Virus record (IMG/VR): IMGVR_UViG_2703718800_000016
Span: 1 to 7,358 of that record
Source of the DNA: a virus
Taxonomy: Duplodnaviria; Heunggongvirae; Uroviricota; Caudoviricetes
DNA: 7,358 nt
Reading direction: 5' to 3' (one strand)
Under the pieces are notes generated by a model. That model was not told the origin of the DNA. It saw nothing but the letters and a program-made list of their open reading frames with translations, and searched no databases. Position numbers and translations under genes: made by a program. This document shows, one piece after another, positions 1 through 6,199 of this stretch; position 1 is the first letter of the stretch, and the number at the start of each line of letters is the position of its first letter.

Positions 1-1242
1 ATGGCGAGAAAAACACACCCATTAACCACAGTGCAGATCAAAGCAGCCAGACCAGCGCAAAAGGAGTACACCCTGCAGGACGGCGGAGGGCTTTTTCTCC
101 TGGTCAAACCGTCTGGATCAAAACTCTGGAGATTTTCCTACTACCGACCATCGGACAAAAAAAGAATATTGCTGAGTTTTGGATCGCTTGAAGATGTTTC
201 CCTGGCTGATGCCAGAAAACGCCGTAGCGAGTACAGGACGTTAATCAGTGCCGGAACTGACCCGCAGGACCACGAGAGGCAAAAAAGAGAGACAGAGGCC
301 CGAAGACAAGGGAACACGTTCGAAAATGTGGCGGCGGCATGGTACCAGGTGAAAATCAGCCAGAATCTGGCCCCCAACACGATTAAAGACATCTGGCGTT
401 CGCTGGATAAATATGTATTCCCGTTCATCGGCAACACGCCAATAGATACCCTCACCGCCCGAAGGTTCGTTGAAGTGCTTACCCCCATCAAGGAGCGCGG
501 CAACCTGGAAACACTCAAGCGGGTTTTACAGCGCGTTAATGAGGTAATGGATTACGCCGCCAACAGTGGGCTGATTGATGCCAATCCGGCTATGAATGTG
601 CGTAAGGCGTTTCCCTCACCTGTAAAAAAACATATGCCAACAATCCGCCCCGAACAGCTGCCCGAGCTTATGCAGGCTTTATCAGTATCGGCAACAGAAC
701 GGCAGACCAGATTACTGATTGAATGGCAGTTACTGACCGTAACCCGTCCCGCCGAAGCGTCATCAACGCGGTGGGATGAAATCAACCTGGACGCGAAGCA
801 ATGGACGATACCTGCCGGACGCATGAAGATGCGCAGGGATCACGTTATCCCGCTTTCCGGTCAGGCTATGGCGGTGCTGGAGGCCATGAAACCAATCAGC
901 CACCACCGCAATTACGTTTTCCCAAGTCTGAAAGACCCACAGCAGCCGATGAACAGCCAGACAGCTAACGCAGCATTGCGGCGTATGGGATTCGCTGGCG
1001 TGCTGGTGTCTCATGGATTACGCGCCATATTCAGCACAGCAGCGAACGAGGAAGGATTCGAGCCGGACGTAATAGAGGCGGCACTTGCCCACGTCGACAC
1101 CAACGAAGTTAGACGGGCATACAACCGGAGCAACTACATAGAAAAACGCATCGTGCTGATGCGCTGGTGGGGCGAATTTGTCGAGGCTGCGGCGACGGGC
1201 GTAACCCTCGCCAGTGGTAAAAGGGGTATCCGAGCCGTGTAG
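1..1242 (+). CDS. int: Tyrosine recombinase / site-specific integrase, P4 (IntA)-like
   Basis: 413-aa ORF. The N-terminus (MARKTHPLTTVQIKAARPAQKEYTLQDGGGLFLLVKPSGSKLWRFSYYRP) is typical of the P4-integrase N-terminal domain. The C-terminus carries the catalytic signature HGLR ... LAH ... RRAYNRSNY (His-x-x-Arg, His, Tyr nucleophile). Recognition is from memory, not a search. Confidence 0.95.
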   Translation: MARKTHPLTTVQIKAARPAQKEYTLQDGGGLFLLVKPSGSKLWRFSYYRPSDKKRILLSFGSLEDVSLADARKRRSEYRTLISAGTDPQDHERQKRETEARRQGNTFENVAAAWYQVKISQNLAPNTIKDIWRSLDKYVFPFIGNTPIDTLTARRFVEVLTPIKERGNLETLKRVLQRVNEVMDYAANSGLIDANPAMNVRKAFPSPVKKHMPTIRPEQLPELMQALSVSATERQTRLLIEWQLLTVTRPAEASSTRWDEINLDAKQWTIPAGRMKMRRDHVIPLSGQAMAVLEAMKPISHHRNYVFPSLKDPQQPMNSQTANAALRRMGFAGVLVSHGLRAIFSTAANEEGFEPDVIEAALAHVDTNEVRRAYNRSNYIEKRIVLMRWWGEFVEAAATGVTLASGKRGIRAV

Positions 1243-1319
1243 CTGTACAGAAAACCAGTAAAAACTACGAAAACCATGTAAAACCGTCGTATAATTGCAT
1301 CAAATTTAACGACAAGGCC

Positions 1320-1571
1320 GTGAAACATGAAACCGTTAAGATGCAAAAAAATATCAGATGCAATTGCGACGGGCTGCAACTGGCCCTGATGGTTCAGCAT
1401 GAATTTTGGTCAACCTACGATCCGGAGGACAGAACGACGGCCCCATCAAAAAAACAGGTAGTAGATTTTCTGGTATCCCGTGGCGCTTCCAGAAATCTGG
1501 CGGTAAGTATTGATAAGGTCGTACGTCCGGCATCTATGAAGATCGGAGGCAGGCCTAAAAAATGGCGGTAA
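1320..1571 (+). CDS. Hypothetical small protein (start uncertain: GTG 1320, or ATG 1341 / 1389)
   Basis: 83-codon open frame between int and alpA with no convincing Shine-Dalgarno at any candidate start. It is followed 10 nt later by a strong intrinsic terminator, which mildly supports transcription through it. The product has no motif I recognise. Confidence 0.3.
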   Translation: MKHETVKMQKNIRCNCDGLQLALMVQHEFWSTYDPEDRTTAPSKKQVVDFLVSRGASRNLAVSIDKVVRPASMKIGGRPKKWR

Positions 1572-1580
1572 CAATCCTGG

Positions 1581-1606
1581 AAGCGGCAGAAATGCCGCTT
1601 TTTTTA
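1581..1606 (+). terminator. Rho-independent terminator
   Basis: Perfect 7-8 bp stem AGCGGCA (1582-1588) / TGCCGCT (1593-1599) with a GAAA tetraloop, followed by a run of seven T (1599-1605). Confidence 0.75.
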
Positions 1607-1632
1607 TAATTCCATTTCAAATCATCAATATA

Positions 1633-1720
1633 AAAAACGGTGTATACCGTTTAAAAACGGTGGGAACTGTTTTTACCCATATCCGATGATTTACCGTATT
1701 TGTCACCGGAATACACCGGA
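1633..1720 (+). promoter_or_regulatory. Repeat-rich region upstream of alpA (putative operator / promoter region)
   Basis: AAAAACGGTG occurs twice (1633-1642, 1654-1663). ACGGT-gtat-ACCGT is an inverted repeat (1637-1650). CACCGGA occurs twice, 10 bp apart (1704-1710, 1714-1720). A further ACCGT lies at 1693-1697. I could not find a canonical sigma70 -35/-10 pair by eye. Confidence 0.3.
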
Positions 1721-1738
1721 TTCACAAGGTAAATCACG

Positions 1739-1945
1739 ATGGAAGCAATCAGAAAAATTATCTTTCGCCAGGAAGTAAAAAAAATTATCCACATCAAGGC
1801 AGACAGCACGCTGCAAAGCATGATCAACGCCGGAGAATTTCCGCAGGGTTTTCGCGTTGGTTTACGCCGTCGCGGATGGTATGAGGATGATGTGTTGTCC
1901 TGGCAGAAAGAACGCGAAGAGGAAGCACGCGGAACGGCTGCTTAA
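1739..1945 (+). CDS. alpA: AlpA/Vis-family phage regulatory protein (MerR-like HTH; excision/activation regulator)
   Basis: 68-aa product IIFRQEVKKIIHIKADSTLQSMINAGEFPQGFRVGLRRRGWYEDDVLSWQ matches the AlpA pattern R-x-x-E-V ... S-x-S-T-L ... G-x-F-P ... G-x-R ... W-x-E-x-x-V-x-x-W. AAGG lies upstream of the ATG. Position directly after int is as in CP4-57 and P4-like elements. Confidence 0.85.
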   Translation: MEAIRKIIFRQEVKKIIHIKADSTLQSMINAGEFPQGFRVGLRRRGWYEDDVLSWQKEREEEARGTAA

Positions 1946-2324
1946 CGGGTATCACAGATATGACAAACACGAAAAAAGCGGCCCCGATATGGAGCCGCCT
2001 TTCTGAACAATTAACCCGCTGCGCCTTATGTGTATGTGATCCCAAACATAAGCACGGGGATGATAGCCGCTATCAGGCTGGTGGGCAATGCAATCAGTCT
2101 GGTTCAGTTCGTTGCCATACCTGCAATGAGCGCTTTTCCCTGTACTCTTTAAGGAATTGCTCAAGGGCAAAAGCACATGGTGCGAATCTTTCTGATTCAT
2201 GCTCTATCTTTCTGCGCCGTCTTTTTCGTGCAGGTGATGTTTTTTCGGTTGATTCTTCGTTGGTCATTGTGTGCGCCTGTAAAGCAATGCGCCGTAGTAC
2301 CTCACACCACGGCGCTGGTGATGG

Positions 2325-2504
2325 TTACTCCTGCTCTTTGGCCTTGCGGCGCTGGCGGCGTTTGATTTCGCCTTTAACGGCAGTAACTATAAATTGCGCT
2401 TTGCTTTCACCTTCATCTAAATTTTTTTCTAAGTCTGCAACAACATCATGCGGGAATCTGGCATTTAACTGTTGCGACTTATTATTTGTTGAACCTGTTG
2501 CCAT
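2325..2504 (-). CDS. Ribbon-helix-helix (Arc/MetJ-like) DNA-binding protein, putative repressor
   Basis: 59-aa product from the internal ATG at 2504 (rc of CAT 2502-2504): MATGSTNNKSQQLNARFPHDVVADLEKNLDEGESKAQFIVTAVKGEIKRRQRRKAKEQE. It resembles the Arc repressor fold pattern (strand QQLNARFP, helix HDVVADLEKNL, helix SKAQFIVTAVKGEIKRRQ). Good Shine-Dalgarno GAGG 8 nt upstream on the minus strand (AGAGAGGATTCAGTA-ATG). The ORF track extends the frame to 2669 (114 aa), but that N-terminal extension looks non-protein-like and would leave no promoter space. Confidence 0.6.
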   Translation of the reverse strand: MATGSTNNKSQQLNARFPHDVVADLEKNLDEGESKAQFIVTAVKGEIKRRQRRKAKEQE

Positions 2505-2687
2505 TACTGAATCCTCTCTAAGTTGGTGCGATTCAGTATACACAAAAAAATTCAGAGAAAAAGGCTTGAAGTGCGATTCACATGCTGATAGGTTAAAAAC
2601 AGATGGTGCGATGCACCAAATAACAACGCCCCGCAGTGCGGGAACACATACGGGGCGTCTAACCAACAACGTAAACTAGGAGCCGTT
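2505..2687. promoter_or_regulatory. Divergent intergenic control region with three 10-bp direct repeats (putative RHH operator) and hairpins
   Basis: GTGCGATTCA at 2526-2535 and 2571-2580 (identical) and GTGCGATGCA at 2606-2615, spaced 45 and 35 bp. The third copy sits in the palindrome GGTGC-GAT-GCACC. An 8-bp inverted repeat ACGCCCCG (2625-2632) / CGGGGCGT (2652-2659) encloses CCCGCA-G-TGCGGG. The region lies between the divergent RHH gene and icd-like gene 1. Confidence 0.45.
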
Positions 2688-2885
2688 ATGGTTGCCGTAA
2701 ATCATATACCACACCTTGTACACACACAAACGGCCTTTGTGTGGCGTTTTCTGGCACTGAGTGCCGGAGAATCTCAAATCATCCACGTAACCGCCTGGAC
2801 GGAACGCGAAGCGCGTAACCGTTGCCCGTCCGGTTGTGTTGCTGTATTCGCCGCCCGTATTCGTCAGGGGTCACATCATGCGTAA
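2688..2885 (+). CDS. Host cell division inhibitor Icd-like protein (paralog 1)
   Basis: 65-aa product ending ...FVWRFLALSAGESQIIHVTAWTEREARNRCPSGCVAVFAARIRQGSHHA. The motif set W-R-F ... VTA-x-TEREAR ... F-x-ARI-x-QG matches what I remember of Icd-like proteins of P1 and P4-like prophages. Shine-Dalgarno TAGGAG 5 nt before the ATG. Confidence 0.75.
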   Translation: MVAVNHIPHLVHTQTAFVWRFLALSAGESQIIHVTAWTEREARNRCPSGCVAVFAARIRQGSHHA

Positions 2886-3171
2886 AAACCGCTTGCAAAA
2901 AATTATCACGGGGCTGTATGCTTCCCGCGTCACCCACATGGTGACCGGGTTTGACAGCCTGAATACTACAGCGGACAGCCGCTTACATTCCGATATGCGG
3001 TTTTTTTGTGTCCGTAAACCTACCCATACCCGCATTATGGCGGGGCGTAACGGGGGAGCCTTTGCGCTCGCTGGTTCCTGTAGTGCCAGTCTGTCAACCC
3101 TGTTACGTCTCGCCACCATGTTTGACAGCGTAGTAGCGAGACTCCTTAATTTCACTACAGGAGCCTTTCAC

Positions 3172-3345
3172 ATGGCTGTATCCACACGCCCTTATTTTAT
3201 CTGGCGCTTCATGCAGTGCCATGAAAAACAAACCTCACTCTTTACCGTCACGGCTGCCACTGAGCGCGAAGCACGCGCGCAGCTGCCGCACGCACATCTG
3301 ATTTTTGTCGCCCGTATTCGTCAGGGGGAAACCTATGCACAATAA
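3172..3345 (+). CDS. Host cell division inhibitor Icd-like protein (paralog 2; may instead be the C-terminal domain of a longer ORF starting at 2878)
   Basis: 57-aa product MAVSTRPYFIWRFMQCHEKQTSLFTVTAATEREARAQLPHAHLIFVARIRQGETYAQ aligns with paralog 1 (FIWRF / VTAATEREAR / FVARIRQG). AGGAG at 3159-3163 lies 8 nt before ATG 3172. A candidate promoter TTGACA (3122-3127) - 17 bp - CTTAAT (3145-3150) has a perfect -35 but a weak -10. The same frame is open back to ATG 2878, so a 155-aa fusion cannot be excluded. Confidence 0.6.
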   Translation: MAVSTRPYFIWRFMQCHEKQTSLFTVTAATEREARAQLPHAHLIFVARIRQGETYAQ

Positions 3346-3565
3346 AACCACACCGGACGCAGCAGAAGAAGCAATGCAAATACTGATACGTGCGCTCGTT
3401 GATGTTACCCACATGGTGGAGATTATGGAGAGAAAATCACAGTCGGAGCACGACAAAAGAAAACTTAAAACAATAAAAATAATTGCCAAAAACTCGCTGA
3501 TAAAAGTTACAGACATCCTTAATGAGGACATTAAAAGAATAAGGGAGAAAATTTGTGATGCATAA
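3335..3565 (+). CDS. Hypothetical small protein (AT-rich cassette gene 1; lysine-rich, predicted helical)
   Basis: 76 aa: MHNKTTPDAAEEAMQILIRALVDVTHMVEIMERKSQSEHDKRKLKTIKIIAKNSLIKVTDILNEDIKRIREKICDA. Shine-Dalgarno AGGGGG (3323-3328) 6 nt before ATG 3335; overlaps the stop of icd-like paralog 2 by 11 nt. The antisense ORFs here are hydrophobic low-complexity artifacts. No motif recognised. Confidence 0.55.
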   Translation: MHNKTTPDAAEEAMQILIRALVDVTHMVEIMERKSQSEHDKRKLKTIKIIAKNSLIKVTDILNEDIKRIREKICDA

Positions 3566-3785
3566 AATCCCTTTTGAAGTATTAATCCACTCTGAAAACG
3601 CATTAATTAAAGCACGCGAAATGAATGCGTTGTTAATTAAATTAATTGAAGTGCCGGAAGGTGGTGAGGAATCAGGTGTATTAATGTTTGCAGCCATTCA
3701 GACATTACTATCGCCTGTTATTGATGAACTGGATAAGGCAATGGCAATTCACGAAAATAATAACGCGCCCCACACCGGAGAATAA
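3558..3785 (+). CDS. Hypothetical small acidic protein (AT-rich cassette gene 2)
   Basis: About 75 aa from ATG 3558 (the track starts at GTG 3555): MHKIPFEVLIHSENALIKAREMNALLIKLIEVPEGGEESGVLMFAAIQTLLSPVIDELDKAMAIHENNNAPHTGE. GGGAG lies about 10 nt upstream. There is an 8-nt start/stop overlap with gene 1 (ATGCATAA), suggesting translational coupling. Strongly acidic. No motif recognised. Confidence 0.55.
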   Translation: MHKIPFEVLIHSENALIKAREMNALLIKLIEVPEGGEESGVLMFAAIQTLLSPVIDELDKAMAIHENNNAPHTGE

Positions 3786-3790
3786 AAATA

Positions 3791-4090
3791 ATGAAACTTA
3801 AATATTCTGGCTTAACTGCCAGTGGCAACACTCACCCTAAATTTACGCGCGGTGATATTTACCGCGACCAGTACGGCGGCACGGTAATGATTAAGGGCGT
3901 GGCGGGACGGTGCGTAACTTACCGCCGTGAAGGTTACGAATATGATTGCGTGATGCCTGTTTATCAGTTCCGGCGTGATTTTTCTCTGGTACAGGCAGCG
4001 CCCCGCAGTAAACCAACCAGCAGGGAGAAAGCACGCGCCAATATTCAGGAAATAAGAAAGATGTTGAATGTATTCAGGGGTAAAAAATGA
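3791..4090 (+). CDS. Hypothetical small protein translationally coupled to the primase gene
   Basis: 99 aa (MKLKYSGLTASGNTHPKFTRGDIYRDQYGGTVMIKGVAGRCVTYRREGYEYDC...). GGAG lies 10 nt before the ATG. Its stop overlaps the primase start (ATGA at 4087-4090). GC content is normal, about 53% in a hand-counted 60-nt sample. By position it is analogous to the small genes preceding alpha in the P4 replication operon; that is inference only. Confidence 0.6.
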   Translation: MKLKYSGLTASGNTHPKFTRGDIYRDQYGGTVMIKGVAGRCVTYRREGYEYDCVMPVYQFRRDFSLVQAAPRSKPTSREKARANIQEIRKMLNVFRGKK

Positions 4091-5835
4091 AACTTGCACC
4101 GAACGTAAAAAAACAACCACGCGGAATAAAACACAAAGACACAGAGGTAATTATTTTCGCGGGTAGTGATGCGTGGGCACATGCAAAACAGTGGCAGGAG
4201 CAGGACGGCCCCGCATCCGGCGATAATGTGCCGCCTGTGTGGATTGGGCCAAATCAGCTTGCCGAACTTGATGCACTGAAAATTGTTCCTGATGGAAAAA
4301 AACGCGTAAGGCTGTACCAGGCCGGAGAACTGGATTTGGTGGAGACCAAAAAGATTGGTCAGAAGCTGGCGGCGGCAGATATTCAGGACGCAAATTTTTA
4401 CCCCGAAGGAATGCACGTCCAGAAGTGTGAAAACTGGCGGCGCTATCTGAATGCTGAGCGTGAAAATATTGCCGCAGGGCTTACCATGCCGGAGCAGAAA
4501 AATACGCAACTGGCACAAATGGCAGACAGTGAGCGCGCGCAGCTGCTTGCCGAGCGCTTTGATGGCGTTTGTGTGCATCCGGAAAGTGAAATCGTTCACG
4601 TATGGCGCGGCGGGGTATGGTGTCCGGTCAGCACAATGGAACTTAGCCGCGAAATGGTGGCGATCTATTCAGAGCACAGGGCCACTTTCAGCAAGCGCGT
4701 AATCAATAACGCCGTGGAAGCGTTAAAAGTTATTGCCGAACCAATGGGCGAGCCGTCCGGCGATTTGTTGCCGTTCGCCAATGGTGCGCTTGACCTGAAA
4801 ACGGGGGAATTTTCCCCGCACACGCCGGAGAACTGGATCACCACGCACAACGGCATTGAGTACACGCCACCAGCACCAGGGGAGAATATATGCGACAACG
4901 CGCCAAACTTTCATAAATGGCTTGAGCACGCAGCCGGAAAAGACCCGCGCAAGATGATGCGTATATGTGCCGCGCTGTACATGATTATGGCGAACCGGTA
5001 CGACTGGCAGATGTTTATTGAGGCCACCGGAGAGGGCGGTAGCGGTAAAAGTACATTCACGCACATAGCCAGCCTTCTGGCAGGGAAACAGAACACGGTA
5101 AGCGCTGAAATGACCTCACTTGATGATGCTGGTGGACGTGCGCAGGTTGTCGGGAGTCGTCTTATCGTCCTGGCTGACCAGCCGAAATATACAGGCGAAG
5201 GAACGGGCATCAAGAAAATCACGGGCGGCGACCCCGTGGAAATAAACCCGAAATATGAGAAGCGTTTTACGGCGGTAATCAGGGCGGTGGTGCTGGCTAC
5301 CAACAATAACCCGATGATATTCACCGAGCGGGCCGGAGGTGTGTCACGCCGTCGGGTGATTTTCCGGTTCGACAACATTGTAAGGGAGGACGAAAAAGAC
5401 AAGGATTTGCCGGAGAAGGTCGCGGCTGAAATCCCCGTAATTATCCGTCGCTTGCTGGCTAATTTTGCCGACCATGAAAAGGCACGGGCTTTATTACTGG
5501 AACAGCGCGACGGTGATGAAGCTCTGGCAATAAAGCAACAGACGGATCCGGTTATTGAGTTTTGCCAGTTCCTGAATTTTCTGGAGGAAGCACGCGGCCT
5601 GATGATGGGCGGCGGTGGCGATTCAGTGAAGTACACGACCAGAAACAGCCTTTACCGCGTCTATCTGGCGTTTATGGCATACGCAGGCAGGAGCAAACCG
5701 CTAAACGTGGCTGAGTTCAGCAAGGCCATGAAGCCAGCGGCAAAAGTTTACGGACATGAATATATTACGCGGAGAGTTAAGGGAGTAACGCAGACCAACG
5801 CAATTACAACTGATGATTGTGACGCGTTTTTATAA
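4087..5835 (+). CDS. Replication initiator: primase-associated SF3 helicase (P4-alpha / D5-like C-terminal NTPase; PICI Pri-Rep-like)
   Basis: 582 aa. Walker A GEGGSGKST and Walker B-like RLIVLADQP lie in the central region, matching the phage/plasmid primase P4-family C-terminal helicase domain. The classic P4 alpha primase motif EGYATA is absent, so the N-terminal domain is of uncertain type. Shine-Dalgarno GGGG 6 nt before the ATG. It is immediately followed by the iteron cluster. Confidence 0.9.
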   Translation: MKLAPNVKKQPRGIKHKDTEVIIFAGSDAWAHAKQWQEQDGPASGDNVPPVWIGPNQLAELDALKIVPDGKKRVRLYQAGELDLVETKKIGQKLAAADIQDANFYPEGMHVQKCENWRRYLNAERENIAAGLTMPEQKNTQLAQMADSERAQLLAERFDGVCVHPESEIVHVWRGGVWCPVSTMELSREMVAIYSEHRATFSKRVINNAVEALKVIAEPMGEPSGDLLPFANGALDLKTGEFSPHTPENWITTHNGIEYTPPAPGENICDNAPNFHKWLEHAAGKDPRKMMRICAALYMIMANRYDWQMFIEATGEGGSGKSTFTHIASLLAGKQNTVSAEMTSLDDAGGRAQVVGSRLIVLADQPKYTGEGTGIKKITGGDPVEINPKYEKRFTAVIRAVVLATNNNPMIFTERAGGVSRRRVIFRFDNIVREDEKDKDLPEKVAAEIPVIIRRLLANFADHEKARALLLEQRDGDEALAIKQQTDPVIEFCQFLNFLEEARGLMMGGGGDSVKYTTRNSLYRVYLAFMAYAGRSKPLNVAEFSKAMKPAAKVYGHEYITRRVKGVTQTNAITTDDCDAFL

Positions 5836-5849
5836 TTTTTTGTAAAAGC

Positions 5850-6073
5850 CCTCTACCCCATCTACCTGAATGAAATAAACGCATATTATTCAACATGATA
5901 AGTGGGTAGAGGGCTAGGTAGAAGGCTAATAAAACCTCTCTACCTCTTCTACCATGATTAAGATCGTTTGTGAGGGGCGGGTAGAGGATGGGTAGAGGGC
6001 CACGAAAGCCCTCTACCCATCTGAAAGCCGCGCCATTACTGACATGAAAGATGATTAGGTAGAGAGGTAGAGG
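5850..6073. repeat. Iteron cluster / putative origin of replication
   Basis: Eleven copies of the 8-mer GGTAGAGG or its complement CCTCTACC (core GGTAGA), arranged as adjacent pairs of alternating orientation at 5850, 5859, 5905, 5917, 5937, 5946, 5980, 5991, 6010, 6058 and 6066. They are separated by AT-rich spacers such as 5867-5904. Two longer units AAAGCCCTCTACCC-CATCT recur at 5845 and 6005. The cluster sits directly downstream of the primase/helicase stop. Confidence 0.7.
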
Positions 6074-6199
6074 AGGTGCACCACAACCTAAAACTTTTTA
6101 AACACGAGGGTAAAAATAAAAATGCACACATCAGGAAGATTTAACAAATCACTCAAAAAACGCAGAGACAGAACAGAACCGAAATATCGCGCGTTAGAC

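Noticed and set aside
141-1400. Minus-strand ORFs 141..518, 552..824, 763..1014 and 1134..1400
   Set aside because: Embedded antisense in the integrase gene, which has a conserved catalytic signature.
1785-1793. Perfect DnaA box TTATCCACA inside alpA
   Set aside because: A single 9-mer with no cluster; its chance occurrence in this window is not negligible (about 0.06 on both strands) and it lies within coding sequence. Probably coincidental.
2177-2365. 62-aa hydrophobic + ORF with an AAGGG ribosome-binding site (possible type I toxin-like peptide)
   Set aside because: It lies in a T-rich stretch, where hydrophobic frames arise trivially, and its 3-prime end overlaps the RHH gene antisense. 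Not supportable without expression data.
2505-2669. N-terminal extension of the RHH ORF to 114 aa (track ORF 2325..2669, minus strand)
   Set aside because: The extension (MLVRRPVCVPALRGVVIWCIAPSVFNLSACESHF...) is not protein-like, would leave only 18 bp to the divergent icd start, and the internal ATG at 2504 has a strong Shine-Dalgarno.
1960-2679. 239-aa + strand ORF spanning the alpA-icd gap
   Set aside because: No ribosome-binding site, Cys/Ser/Arg-rich composition untypical of a real protein, and its middle third is exactly antisense to the well-formed RHH gene (2325..2504). Its unusual length is noted, and only the Cys-rich N-terminal stretch is kept as a low-interest observation.
3235-3697. 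Minus-strand ORFs 3235..3603 and 3437..3697
   Set aside because: Their hydrophobic low-complexity products (F/L/I/S-rich) are the expected antisense artifact of A-rich coding sequence. The + strand ORFs have ribosome-binding sites and coupled overlaps.
4045-5636. Minus-strand ORFs 4045..4599, 4151..4393, 4665..4898, 4723..5064 and 4911..5636, and + ORF 4451..4702
   Set aside because: All lie inside the primase/helicase gene, whose product has clear Walker motifs. They are antisense or off-frame with no start signals.
5850-6073. Possible CRISPR array
   Set aside because: Repeat units are only 8 bp, occur in both orientations with irregular spacing, and there are no 28-37 bp repeats separated by unique spacers. 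The pattern is that of iterons.
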